Source: Sphaerodactylus townsendi (taxonomy: Eukaryota). Taken from it: a stretch of DNA of 64,000 nt. The stretch spans positions 56,544,001-56,608,000 of the forward strand of contig NC_059433.1 of assembly GCF_021028975.2 (NCBI RefSeq). Direction: 5' to 3'. Below, piece after piece: positions 35,858-47,640 of the stretch. The notes beneath the pieces are model-generated. The model saw only the letters and a list, made by a program, of their open reading frames with translations, had not been told where the DNA came from and did no database searches. The translations under genes and the position numbers were made by a program. Every line of letters starts with the position of its first letter. Within the stretch, counting starts at the first letter, position 1.

Positions 35858-38163
35858 TAGTTATTATGTCTAAAACATATTGATAACTATGACATTGTAC
35901 TTTTGAAGCTAGTGGCCAACTCATAAGTTATATCATAAGTTAGAAATATACTGAATTTCTAAATACCTTTTTGTTTTGGCTGGACCTACTGCCAATCAAT
36001 TTCATTGGGCAATTCATGTTTTAGGATTACGAAAGGAGGGAAAGGCTCTCTATCCTTTGTCTTGATCCACCTTCCATGTAACCTTAATTTATGAAGTAAA
36101 ACACCTCAGAAACATTCAACTTTGCTTGTTCTAACAGTGACCATTACTCTTTCTGCATTTCTTGTAGCTGCAGCCCACAGCAGATAGAGGACTGATCCAG
36201 AACTGAGTTCCCAAATGATAGTGACTTACCTATCTCTGACCGTAGAGTTTAGTGTGGGCAGTCTCTCAGGATTCTATTAACTTGATTTCTACCTAGATCT
36301 TCAATGCTACCTCCATTTATAGAAGGCCAGTCTCACATATTATAAGAACTTATCCCAATAGTTGTTTAAGATGGAATAGAAATTAAGCTAATCCAAAAGA
36401 TTATGAATATTTTTGGATTAAAACAATTTCCACAAATGATTTCCCCATAACATTTTTGTCATCTGTTTGCATATGTTTGCTCAGTTCTGTCCACAGAGTT
36501 TCTCTAACTGACTCGTAAACTAGATATGCTCACATAAATGCAGCACAAGTACGAGATAAACTCCCAAAGGCTTTCCAAGAGTTATGTACCTGAATAATAA
36601 TTCATCTCTTAGGGATAAGTTGAATGAATAACTAGTGAAAGGTGAAACATGTCAGGGAAAAAAATGGTAGAATGTTCCTCTGAAAGAAGATGGCACTATG
36701 TCAAAACAAGGGGCTGGAAGATACATATATGCCCTTATTCTATAACCCTCATGTCACATTTGCTCTGTTTACAAGTCAAAATAAGTTTAACATATCTCCA
36801 GGCACTCTGAGGTCACTGAAGCCTGTGAAGAACCATTTGTATTCTTTCTGATGTATGCACCATCACCACCAATCAGCCAATATGCACATTTCAGAAATTG
36901 GTTCATTATGTGCAATGATATACAATGAAAAAGATAACTTCATTTGCACAAGTCAAACTGTAGTAATGATGGCAACAAAAATGCATTTTCTCCAGTAAAC
37001 GGAGCAAAATTAAATGGAAATGATAAAAAGGAATTCAATTCTCTGTATGTAGGTAATACTATGCCCTATTCTTGCACTCAGAATTGTGTGCGCGTGCACA
37101 CACACAGAGAAAAACACTTGAAAAGGTAATAAGACAAGAGATATAAAACACTGTTCTTTTTATTACACTAGTATAAAGGAAAGTGGAACATATTGATGGC
37201 ATTCCATTTTTTCCTTGCTTTAAGGGCAAGAGAGGTTGTATACTTCCCAAAGCAAAGGAGCAGGATCTTGGCATTGTTCAGTGGCTTCCTAGGATCCATT
37301 TCATTGTTATACACTGAAGAAATGTTCACTGTACATTATGCACAAGATTCAACTAGTGCAAGAGGAATAACTGTAGATTTAGCATTTGATCAAAAAAAGC
37401 AGCTGTTGGGACCTAGTTGGCATGCCAAGGATTAGTTCCTGCAATTACCAAATCCTGATAAAAGAAGTATACAAGGGCAGAGTGTGTGAAAAGCAGGAAA
37501 TCTATATGGACAGACTAGCATCTCGGGCAAGAAGACATGACAGCCGCTTACTTCGTAGGGAAAGCATACTGGGACCCACATTCCATTGCCAAAGCAGGCT
37601 TTTGGAAAATATAGCTTTTTAATTTTGAAAGGATTAAAAATGAGGCACAAATTGTTGATCGACTACATTTCTGAAATTACCATTTACTGAATGTTGATAA
37701 GGGCAAAGTTTGGAGTAAACATTAGCTTATTTTTGAAATGGGTAGAGATTAGTTTCACAGACCTAGCAGTGTTGCCTGCATTAAATAAATATCTACGCAA
37801 CAGGTAAAGTAACAAATCCTACTGTCAGGCTGCACAAAAAAATTGCTGCAGTAAGCTATAAAAGTGCTTGTTTTTTCAAAAATAAAATTGCAATTCGCAG
37901 CATTTTAAAGAATGCTATAAAATTTGCTATACAGATTACTTGCAAAAGTAATAAAAGTTCCAGCTAAGGGCAGGCAAAAGGCGTACAGTATTACAAATAA
38001 TATTATAATCTGAATAGCATTATATAAAGTGCTTTGTAATGCGATTTTTTACTTTATATATTTATTTCTACATACATCAAATAAGCTTGACTATGACCAA
38101 ATTAATTTCAATAGTTCTAAGACTGGAGGAGAAAGAAAGGCTTTTACAAAAACTCTACACCAG

Positions 38164-38319
38164 TGTGAAACAGACTTTTCTCTGTGATACACCTCTGAAG
38201 ATGCCAGCCACATATGCAGGTGAAACGTTAGGAACAAGATCTACCAGACCACGGCCACACAGCTCAGAAAACCAACCACAACCAGTTGAATCCGGCTGTG
38301 AAAGCCTTTGACAATGCAT
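38164..38319 (+). mobile_element. Solo Penelope (Poseidon-type) pseudo-LTR fragment
   Basis: 10-bp direct repeat TCTACACCAG (38154-38163, 38320-38329); body cctctgaagatgccagccaca...cacggccacacagc...gaaagcctttgacaat resembles lizard Penelope 3' ends. Confidence 0.85.
38192..38232 (+). ncRNA. Minimal type I hammerhead ribozyme motif
   Basis: CCT-CTGAAGA-tGCC(agccacatatgca)GGT-GAAAC-GTT-AGG: CUGANGA and GAAA boxes, stem I CCU/AGG, stem II GCC/GGU, palindromic stem III AACGTT. Confidence 0.75.
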
Positions 38320-39133
38320 TCTACACCAGCAGATTTAACAGGCAAACAATCCCAGACAAACACTGGTCACATTAATAACTAGTCGTTACCCTAACCAAAA
38401 ATCAAATTCTGTTATACAGAGATAGAGTACTTGAGACATGTATGGGACTATTTCTCATCTAGATTGTTAGAGCTTTAAAAGATATTAGATTTTCAAACAT
38501 CTGCTGTGCTAAGTCTTGCATCAATAATGACATCATTGCAAAAAGCACACTAAAATGTTGCAAGAATATCTACATTAAAATTATTGGGCTCAGTGTCATG
38601 TAAGTAAAGATCTACTGAACTGAGTACAGGTTAAATAAAAATGCTATTGAATATACTACCATCTTACTTTACTCAATCATATGAAGAGCATACCATTGTT
38701 AATTCATGCATCTGATAGCATTTGCCTACCAAATCACTCAATAAATCAATATCCTGAATTCTAGTTGGTTGTTCACTATATATTTATTTCATATGAATGA
38801 CACTAAGCTATATAGGTTGCATTTTGTCCTGATACTCAATTTGTCACATGTAAAAAGGTAAATCATGCTTTTGTGTTGTCTGTTGGCAGGCTGGCTTTGT
38901 CAACTGTGACTGTTTTATCTTTCATTTGTAGGACTGTTTATATTTCTAATCTGTAGAAAGATTACAAGGTGAAGGGGTAGACTAAGTGTCTAGAGATTAA
39001 AGAACAGTTGTATGAATTGTGAAGCAACTCACAGAATTAATTTCAGAATTTCGAGTCAACAACAAAGACCTGAACAATAAAAAATGGTCAGAACAGCTAT
39101 AGTCTGTCACAAAATATATATATTATGGGTTAC

Positions 39134-39214
39134 CTTGGATACAAGGCTTGCCCTGTAAGCGGCTAGCTGCTTCAGATATTCCTTCTTAGCAGCTTCAGTT
39201 TTCTTTTTGTAAAC
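39134..39214 (-). CDS. TOX: TOX coding exon (exon 6 equivalent): C-terminal helix of the HMG box
   Basis: Read by hand, absent from the ORF track: [27 protein letters not shown]. Acceptor ttgtctttcag|GTT, donor AAG|gtaacc; 81 bp. Confidence 0.96.
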
Positions 39215-39369
39215 CTGAAAGACAAGGAAGAACATTAAGTCAGCAGGCACATTTATAGTACTTGTAGTATTTCTAAACATGCATAGTAATATATTTCTCT
39301 TTCTTTGTAAACTTATTTTTTTAGCAAATTAGCAATCAATCAATCAATCAAGCCTTTATTGGCATAGAG

Positions 39370-39555
39370 CAGTGGTTCTCAACCTGGGGGTCGGGACCCC
39401 TTTGAGGGTCGAACAACCCTTTCACAAAGGTCACCTAAGACTCTCTGCATCAGTGTTCTCCATCTGTAAAATGGATAAATGTTAGGGTTGGGGGTCACCA
39501 CAACATGAGGAACTGTATTAAAGGGTCGGGGCATTAGGAAGGTTGAGAACCACTG
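39370..39555. mobile_element. SPIN (Space Invader, hAT/Charlie) non-autonomous element
   Basis: Perfect TIR CAGTGGTTCTCAACCT; ends match the recalled SPIN/URR1 consensus (gggggtcaccacaacatgaggaactgtattaaagggtc); TSD gcatagag/gtatagag. Confidence 0.9.
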
Positions 39556-40037
39556 GTATAGAGAGCAAATCAGCAGAGCAACACTGAAAAGGTGCAGGTA
39601 CAAAACAATGGAAGTTATGACAGTACTACGGTATATGTCTAACTGCAAATACAAGTTGGAAAAAACCAACCCATTGGCCAAAGGTATCACATATTTAAAA
39701 GTACTATAAGTGGGGACCCACTAAACTTGTGAGGTGGGGGTGGAATCCCATCTTCCTCACCACTGCAACTCCAGGTCTCTTTCTCTTCCTCCCCCAGCCC
39801 TGCTCTTTTGCCATTCAGTGCATTCTGCATAGCTTAAGACAAAAGTAACAAGCTACTAATTAAACTGATGTGCAGCTCTCCAGTTTCCTGAGCTGATGTC
39901 TTTGTAATACTTAAGATTATAAACTATATAGTGAGATACAAATGTATCTTATCTATTGCACAGAGCTGGAACCACAATGGAAAAGGCCTGAATTCTGGCC
40001 AATGCCAGCCAGGCTACCTTAAAATAGTAACACAGTG

Positions 40038-41022
40038 TGATGGACTGCAGAGAAAAAGTGAATTAAATGGTGGAGGGCTATCATGAAAAAAAGGTTATTT
40101 ACATTCAGAGTGGGGAATAAATGCTTGGAACAAGGACCTGGTTGGATGTGCTATCCTGCATTCTGATTGGTGTAGCAACTTGATGACACAAAGAGGGAGG
40201 AGACTTCTCTCTGTCAAGAAAAGTTTTTGGAGTTTTTGCTTTTGGATTCTTCTGTGTAAACATCTCTGCCCTAACTGCAAAATATATCTTCTCTGAGAGA
40301 GTATTTCTGTCAGTATGTAGATCTGACTGTTTATGCTAGTGTCAGGCTGAGCTGAGAAAAAGCAATATTATACCCGGACAAGAGAACTGGTAGTAGTTTA
40401 TTGAGTGGCCACAGAGAGGTTGAAGTCAGAGTCTTAACACAGGAGGGCCAAATGATCCAGATAGGAATAGATTTTTGGAGAGTGAGAAAAATTCATGGCA
40501 CCAGTTAGCTGGACTATTTGGAGTTTCACTTTATTTTACCTCCAGAGAAAAAATGTTGTGTTTGTCCAGGGTTTCTGACTGAGTCTAGGCTGAGTGAGGG
40601 TACTGTGTAAAGCTGTTGGAACCCTGCATAAACCTTAAGCCAGTAACGACAGATACCATGTTAAGAAACTGTGCCATCTAAATAACATCTATGCTAACTG
40701 AAACTTAATAAGCCAGGGCCTGTAAACCAGAAACCAAAAACTGATATCTAAGCAAAGCTCTTGTATATAGTTTTCCTGTCTTATTTTACTTTCCACCAAG
40801 TTCCCCCTATACCATCTTCTCTGTTAATAAACTTTAATTCTGTTTGTTTTGATCCTGAATCAATAATATTTAGCACCTTGAGAAGGAGTTTGCCAAAAAG
40901 AAAAATAATGGGCTACGTTTACCTTTTGGAACAGTAATAGGGCTGAGCAAAAGTGCTTTATTTCATCTCACGCTACCATCTGAAGCAGCTCAGTCCCTGG
41001 GGAAAAGGTGGGAAATCTGACA
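40038..41022 (+). mobile_element. Probable solo LTR
   Basis: TG...TGACA termini with candidate TSD AGTG; CCAAT box, AATAAA near 40827; similarity to 15229-15832. Confidence 0.55.
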
Positions 41023-41029
41023 AGTGTGT

Positions 41030-42130
41030 CAGAGAGTCGTTTGCCTGCCTCAGTGAATTGAAAAGGTCCATCGCAACAGCCAACAAATGGCTGACTGATG
41101 ACCATAGTTAGCACACAAAGACATATGGAAGGAGTCAGTCTTTCAGGGCCAAACCAGAACCTTAAATTGAAACAGACTGGCAGTGAATGTAGCTTTTTTT
41201 CAAAAATGGCAGCCCACATTCCCAGCAGTTGTCCCTGATAGAAGTCAGCCTCCTGCATTCAAGAGAAGTTGTATTTTCTGAGTTGTATTTAGCAGCAAGC
41301 CCATATAGAGTATGTTGCAGTAATCCAGCTGTGAAGTTACAGAAACATAGATCAGTGTGGCCAAATCAGTTGAGCCTAGGTCAGTGGTGTTGAACCTTTG
41401 GCACTCCAGATGTTATGGACTACAATTCCCATCAGCCCCTGCCAGCATGACCAATTGACCATGCTGGCAGGGCCTGATGGGAATTGTAGTCCATAACATC
41501 TGGAGTGCCAAAGGTTCACCACCATGGGCCTAGGTAATGAGAAAGTTGGCAACACAGATGTAGCTGATTCAGGGCACTCCCAGACACCATGCCAACTTCC
41601 TTTTCAAACAGCAAGGCAGGGTTCACGAGTACCGCAAATTCTTAACCTGCTCTGAAAAAGCCACCTTGGAGAAGTAAATTCAGTCCTTTTAGAACATCAG
41701 CCTTATCGACCAGTATTACTTCTGTACTGGCTAGATTCAGGTTCAGTTTGTTCTGGCTAAGCTACTTCACCACAGCCTTGAAGCACCACTTCAAAAACAA
41801 AACAGACACATATGCAGCCTTGAATGATGACATATAGAGTAGGGGGTCAGCTGCATATTAGTAACACCCAATTCCAGACCTTCAGACAATTTTATTCAGT
41901 AGCCTTATACATATAAATTGAAGAGCATGGGTAATAGAATAGAATCCTGCGGCACCAACAAGATAACTTCCACCAATCAGTGCCTCCACTGGAGACTATG
42001 CATTGGAGACTCAATTGGACACTTAATACAATACACACTTAATTCCATATTCAAGTCAATATGATTAGAATGGTCAACATCATCAAAGACCTCGGAGAAG
42101 TTCAATAGTATCAACAAGGAAAATTTGTTC
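41030..42130 (-). mobile_element. Old L2 ORF2 fragment
   Basis: Minus strand VPQDSILLPMLFNLY, degenerate YAAD, and VTSQLDYCNILYMGL (L2 SRLDYCN motif). Confidence 0.75.
41382..41527. mobile_element. Fully palindromic hAT MITE inserted in the L2
   Basis: Perfect 8-bp TSD GCCTAGGT; near-perfect 146-bp fold-back; ACTACAATTCCCA on both arms. Confidence 0.92.
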
Positions 42131-44049
42131 TTCTCTTAATTGGCCCATAAACTATGAGGCAGCTACCCTGCATCAGATTTCCATAGGAAGTCTGACTACA
42201 TTTCAGGGTGCTTTACTTTCTAACAACTGGCTAGTCTTCTTCTCCAACAAATACTTGTGCCTTTTACTCAGCTGCAAGGATGACACTTCTCCAAAATTGT
42301 TTAAAAAAATTAATTTTGTGAAATGTTCTAACTCCAGTCAGTAGTAATTTTAGTAATAGATCTATTTACAATAATCAGACAACACAGTCAGTATTACACA
42401 GAAGGAATTAACTTCCCATCATCCATCTTCTGAAACGAGTCCATACAGTTAGTCACTTAAAATTTGATGGGGAAGATAAATTTGTTAAAACTAGCATACA
42501 AAACTGTTCAAGCCCTTAAGTTCAGTTAGACCTCTCCCTTTATGAAAGTGTGGATCAGTCTTTTGTTTCTACCCCTGTCTCACCAGCATCTAGTTCAGTC
42601 CCATGAGTCATCATGGTAGGTCTTTCAGATCTAAGGACTTGTAGTGAGGTTCACTTCTTGAAAGATAGCAAGGGTGGTAGTAAGTAATTTGGGACGGAAC
42701 GGAGGCATGTGATTCCTGCTTGTCCAATGTAACTGAAGTTCAAACTACTAGGGAAGCAGAAAATCTGTTCCACTGACATTGTACCATGATATTCCCCACC
42801 CATGCGTTCAGAATCTTTAAAACTGATGCCCTTTGACCTTCATATTCCAAAGTTAAATCAGAGCAGTCGATCTGACAGGATGCACATACAACTTCTAAAT
42901 ACATTTTCAAACTGCAGAATTGTTCGTGAAAAGTGGTGACATGTTATTTTCATGAAATGTTCTTCATTCCTTTAAAGCTATGTTTTCAAGAGCATGCAGG
43001 TCCTTCTGATCTCTGCTAAGAAAACCCAGAGGTTGCTTAAAAGGATTAAAGATTTTGCATCCCAGGGAAACATAAGATCATAATGGAGAAACAGGCATCC
43101 TAGGATACTAAAGCTGTAAATATCGAGAGAGGAATAAAAATAATAGATTAGTTCTGGCTGTGCAACGGCATGTGTGCATTCCTTTTCAGCTTCTTCAGAT
43201 TACAAAGCTGAGCTGATTTTGTTTCAGAATGCATGTATAATGTTTCATTTCTGAGTTGGTTGTTTGTGGTTATTGTGTTTGTTTCAAGGAAATGAAACAC
43301 CCGTTAATTGACAGTTTCTTCCCTAGTAGCTAAAATTAAATTTGCCTGACCTGGAAGAACAGGCAAAAATGTAAATTTCACTCTCCATTTGAATACATTT
43401 GCATAACTTTTTTTGTTTCTATAAAAAAAGAGAGCCCAGAACAAATAAAAGATCACAGAGATTTATTCCTTCCAGTTCTCATTTCATAAGTCCAATTAAT
43501 GGTTGTTCTATTCAGTATTGTGTGAAAACATTATTGCTTCACCCTATCATACAGATATCATGCAATTATTTCCCATTCAGCTACTTATGGGATTTGGAAC
43601 ATAGTACTACTAAGCAGTTTCTATCTTATTCTGAAATTGTGCTGCAAGAAAACCAGCATGAGTCTTGCAGCAAGTGATTCCTTAGTGGGAAAACGTTATG
43701 ATTAAAGTGAGCACTCTCACAGGATAAACATCAATGCCTGAAAACATAGAAAACCACAATTTTTAAAAAAATTAAATGAGAATTTTCATTTTTTTAAAAA
43801 GTTATAGAATGTTACTGATCCTTTAAAAAACCTCATTTTAAAATGAAATCTGATTAAAGCCAACTCTCCCAATTTCCTAAAACTGAACCCATGATTTCTT
43901 ACCAAAGTCACTGATGTACTTCAGATTTAGGTATTGTTCTATGGTTTTCCTCATATGAATGAGGCTTTTGATTTTTACAACCTGCTCGCAACACGTGCAC
44001 AAATTTAGTAAAGTTTTTTATTTTTGTGGGTAAACTTAGTTACTGAGTG

Positions 44050-44153
44050 TTTGACTGGCTCAAGGTCACCCAACAAGTCTCCATAGCAGAGTGGGGGTTC
44101 AAAACTGGATCTTCCAGATCTTAGTCTGACACTGAACTGCTAAACCACACTGG
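44050..44153 (-). mobile_element. tRNA-derived SINE 5' fragment
   Basis: Reverse complement gives a gccagtgtggtttagc A-box-like head and the ttgggtgaccttgagccagtca body. Confidence 0.65.
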
Positions 44154-44721
44154 CGCTACTGGTATAGATTGTGTGTCTGCCCCATATGCTTGAATCCATT
44201 TAAGAGAAAATTAGGTAAGATAAATATTCAAACACCATTTATTTGTGTGAGAATGCCTACCTAAAAAGCAAAAGATAGATCATTTGTGATTTCAGAGTTG
44301 GGTACTACTAATGTGCATTAATATGCCAATCTAGGTGTACACAGCCAGTTTTACATTTCTTTGTCTATACTATTCATGCGAGTGTTGCCATCCTGAACCA
44401 AGGCTAGCTGGAGTGGTTACATGGCTAAAGATAAACTAACTGAAATCGACCAGCTGAAACTAGTTGAAATCTGACAAAACAGAGTTAATTATGGTTGAAA
44501 GGTTGAGGTCTTGGAGGATGTTGTAATTCCCATATTTGACGTGGTTCAACTGACATTTGCTGACTCAGTCTGGGTATTGTTCTGCACCCAGAATTATTGC
44601 CAGAGAATCAAGTTAATTATACTGCAAAAATTGCTTTCATTTAGCTTAGCCCAGAGCATGGCTCTATACATTGACTGGTTGATTTGGTACATAGATCCAT
44701 GTCGTAATATTGAGGCTGACT

Positions 44722-47640
44722 GAGAGAAGGAAGATGGCGACTGGGAGACGAGGGAGTTTTCACTGCTGCGCAGCCTTTCACTTTTAACAGATAAGACTTT
44801 TTTTCAACTAAATTGCCTCTGGGTGCCTAGAAGATGGCTGCTGTCTAATTATAAAGTAAATATCCGTACAATAAATCAACTGTTAGTTACTATCTCTGCC
44901 TTAGAAGCTATTGTAAGAGCCTAATTAAGGAGGTAAAGAACCTCAGATTGCTTGCTGCACTACAACGCATAGTTACTACATACCAGCTTTTAGCAGGTTA
45001 TTAATAATGTCAAAGAGGAAAAATAGAAATGACTCACCTAATATAGAACATCAACAACCATGCTTAAAGCAATCCAAGATTGATACTTATTTAACCACTC
45101 AATCTTTCAGTGACCAACTGCTGTTGGATTTACCAACATATAATAGATTCTCTGTACTAGAAACTGAAGATGAACATGATGTAACAGCTGAGTTAATTCT
45201 GCACTAAAATTCTCAAGGCCCTGCTGAATGGGAAGATTGACAACATTGTGACACCTCCACTATAACCTGCTAAAAGAGCTCATGAATGACTCTAAACAAC
45301 ACGAGGAAGGAAGCACAGCCACTTAATGGCACCAGACATCTGTCTCCCTAGAATATTGGTAGAACTATCAGACCAGTGCTCACTACCAATGAAGACTTTT
45401 CAACACGTTGAAAAAAAGCTTGGCACAATGATTTCCTATCTTACAGATATTAAAGAACGGTGTTCTGACACCCAGTGGCTAAAATATATTGATGAAAAAT
45501 TCAAAGAAATGCAAAATTGCTTAATGAGTTCCCTTTCTCATTCTTTACAACTACAATGCGAGCAGCCTAATCAAACATTTCATAGAAACCCTATGCCAAA
45601 TAGACTTCCACCGCTGAGTACAAATATTTCTACTCAGAATTTAGACTTTCCGAATGTGATTTATGATTGGAAACTAGAATTGCTTCAAAATCAGATTGTT
45701 TCAAATGTACTACATTTCCATGGGAGAATACTTCACTGGGATTCTAGATACAGGACACAACTTTATTTAAAGCAGATCTTGAAAAAAATCATTTTATTTA
45801 TTTATTTATTTAATTTGATATACCGCCCCATCCCCGAAGGGCTCTGGGCGGTGTACAGCATAAAATCACATAAAATCATCATAAACATCCATAATTATAA
45901 TAAAAACAGCAGTTATTATATCCCAAGATGGCGTCCCACCTGAACCTAATCCTCCTAGGAGGAGGAGGGAGGGGTAGTGTGTCCTGATGGTATTAGGGAC
46001 CCATAAATCCCGATAATGGGTCCCACTAATATTGGGGACCCCTAACCTGGGGGGGCACACTCAGCGACTGGTTTCTCCAAAAGCCCGGTGGAACAACTCG
46101 GTCTTACAGGCCCTGCGGAAATCACCAAGGTCCCGCAGGGCCTGGACAGTTGGAGGGAGAGTGTTCCACCAGGCAGGGGCCAGAGCTGTAAAGGCTCTGG
46201 CCCGAGTGGAGGCCAGCCGCATCATTGAGGGGCCAGGGATTTCCAGTAAATTGGCCTCTGTGCTTGGCAGAGGCCAAGCTGGGACATATGGGGTAATGCG
46301 GTCCCGAAGGTACGAGGGTCCCAGGCCGTGTAAGGCCTTGAAGGTCAAAACCCACACCTTGAAGATGATTCGGAATTCAACTGGGAGCCAATGCAGATGG
46401 CGCAACACAGGTTGTATGTGGTCTCGGAAGGCGCCCCCTGTGAGTAATTGAGCAATCAAAATTATTCCATCATATGCTCATTCATCTAGATCCCTCCACA
46501 AAGACTGCCTTTTTCAATGCAAAAAAGGATTACTCGGAATTAACTGCATCAAAAAGAAAAGATCACTGTGACCAAAGATGGAACACTTTATATAAGGCCT
46601 CTCAAAACAAGAATTCTAAACAATTTTGGTCAATTGTCTCCAACTATTCTAATGAAGACAACTATAACAACTCTACCATAATTTAAGAAACAGTATGGAT
46701 CAATTACTATGAGCTATTATTCGATGAACCAGTTTTCAAATCTTCAAAATCTTCGAAAACTCTGCAGACTCTGCTGAAGAATCTTACTATCTAGTCAACA
46801 GTAGAACCTCCAGAAATCTTTAAACTAATATAGCGATTGAAACCCAGAAAGCTACAGGACCTGATGGTATACCGGCTGAGTTTTTTAGATAACACCCTGA
46901 ATGGTGTGAACATCCTTTGGCTTCACTTTTCACCCTAATCGACCACTTTGGTGTTTCTCTGATTCTTAAATTACTTCTATAATTATTACAATATTTAAGA
47001 AAGGAGATTCCACTTTACCTGAGAATTACTGCCCAATTAGACTCTTATCAATTATTGGCAAATTATATGCTCACCATCTGGAGTCTAAATTACTAGACTG
47101 GATATCTTCAAGACATATTCTTGGCCCTGAACAGGCTGGATTCAGGAAAGGGCAATCCACAATTTACCATTGCATAATACTGGATTTTTTAGCCAAAAAA
47201 TATGCAATGGGTGATTGAAGAGAATTCTTTGTGGCCTTTCTGGATCTTAAAGGTGCCTTCGATGGCATATCAAGGCTCTTGTTATGGAAGAAACTGAACC
47301 ATTTGGAAATTGATCCCAGACTTCTATTTTTGATACGAACATTGTATTCTAAAACCTCCTGCCAGATAAAACTTAATACAAACTGCAATTTATTAGCAAA
47401 AATTCCCATCATGAGAGGTTTTAAACAAGGCTGCATACAGGCGCCTCATCTATTTAATCTGTTCTTAAGCGATTTGCCACACACCATTGATAGTCAATGG
47501 ACATCCACCAATGCTGGGGAATCACCCACTTCTGCTTCTTTTATACACTGATGACACCGGTATTCTTTCCTGTACAAGAATTGGCCTTATATAATATCTA
47601 CAAACCTCCTACTTTTATTGCCAACAAAATGACCTTCCTG
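44722..47640 (+). mobile_element. Decayed RTE-X-like LINE retaining its 5' UTR, ORF1 remnant and RT; internally deleted and interrupted by L2
   Basis: 5' AAGATGGCG; ORF1-like MSKRK...YNRFSVL; ORF2 pieces GPDGIPAEFF, IFKKGD..PENYCPI, EQAGFRKGQST, AFLDLKGAFD, GFKQGC..APHLFNLF, LYTDD. Confidence 0.8.
45791..46453 (-). mobile_element. Young 5'-truncated L2 LINE
   Basis: Open ORF2 C-terminus HIQPVLRHLHWLPVEFRIIFK...APAWWNTLP...FRRACKTELF, then 3' UTR, stem-loop and (TAAA)n tail. Confidence 0.92.
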
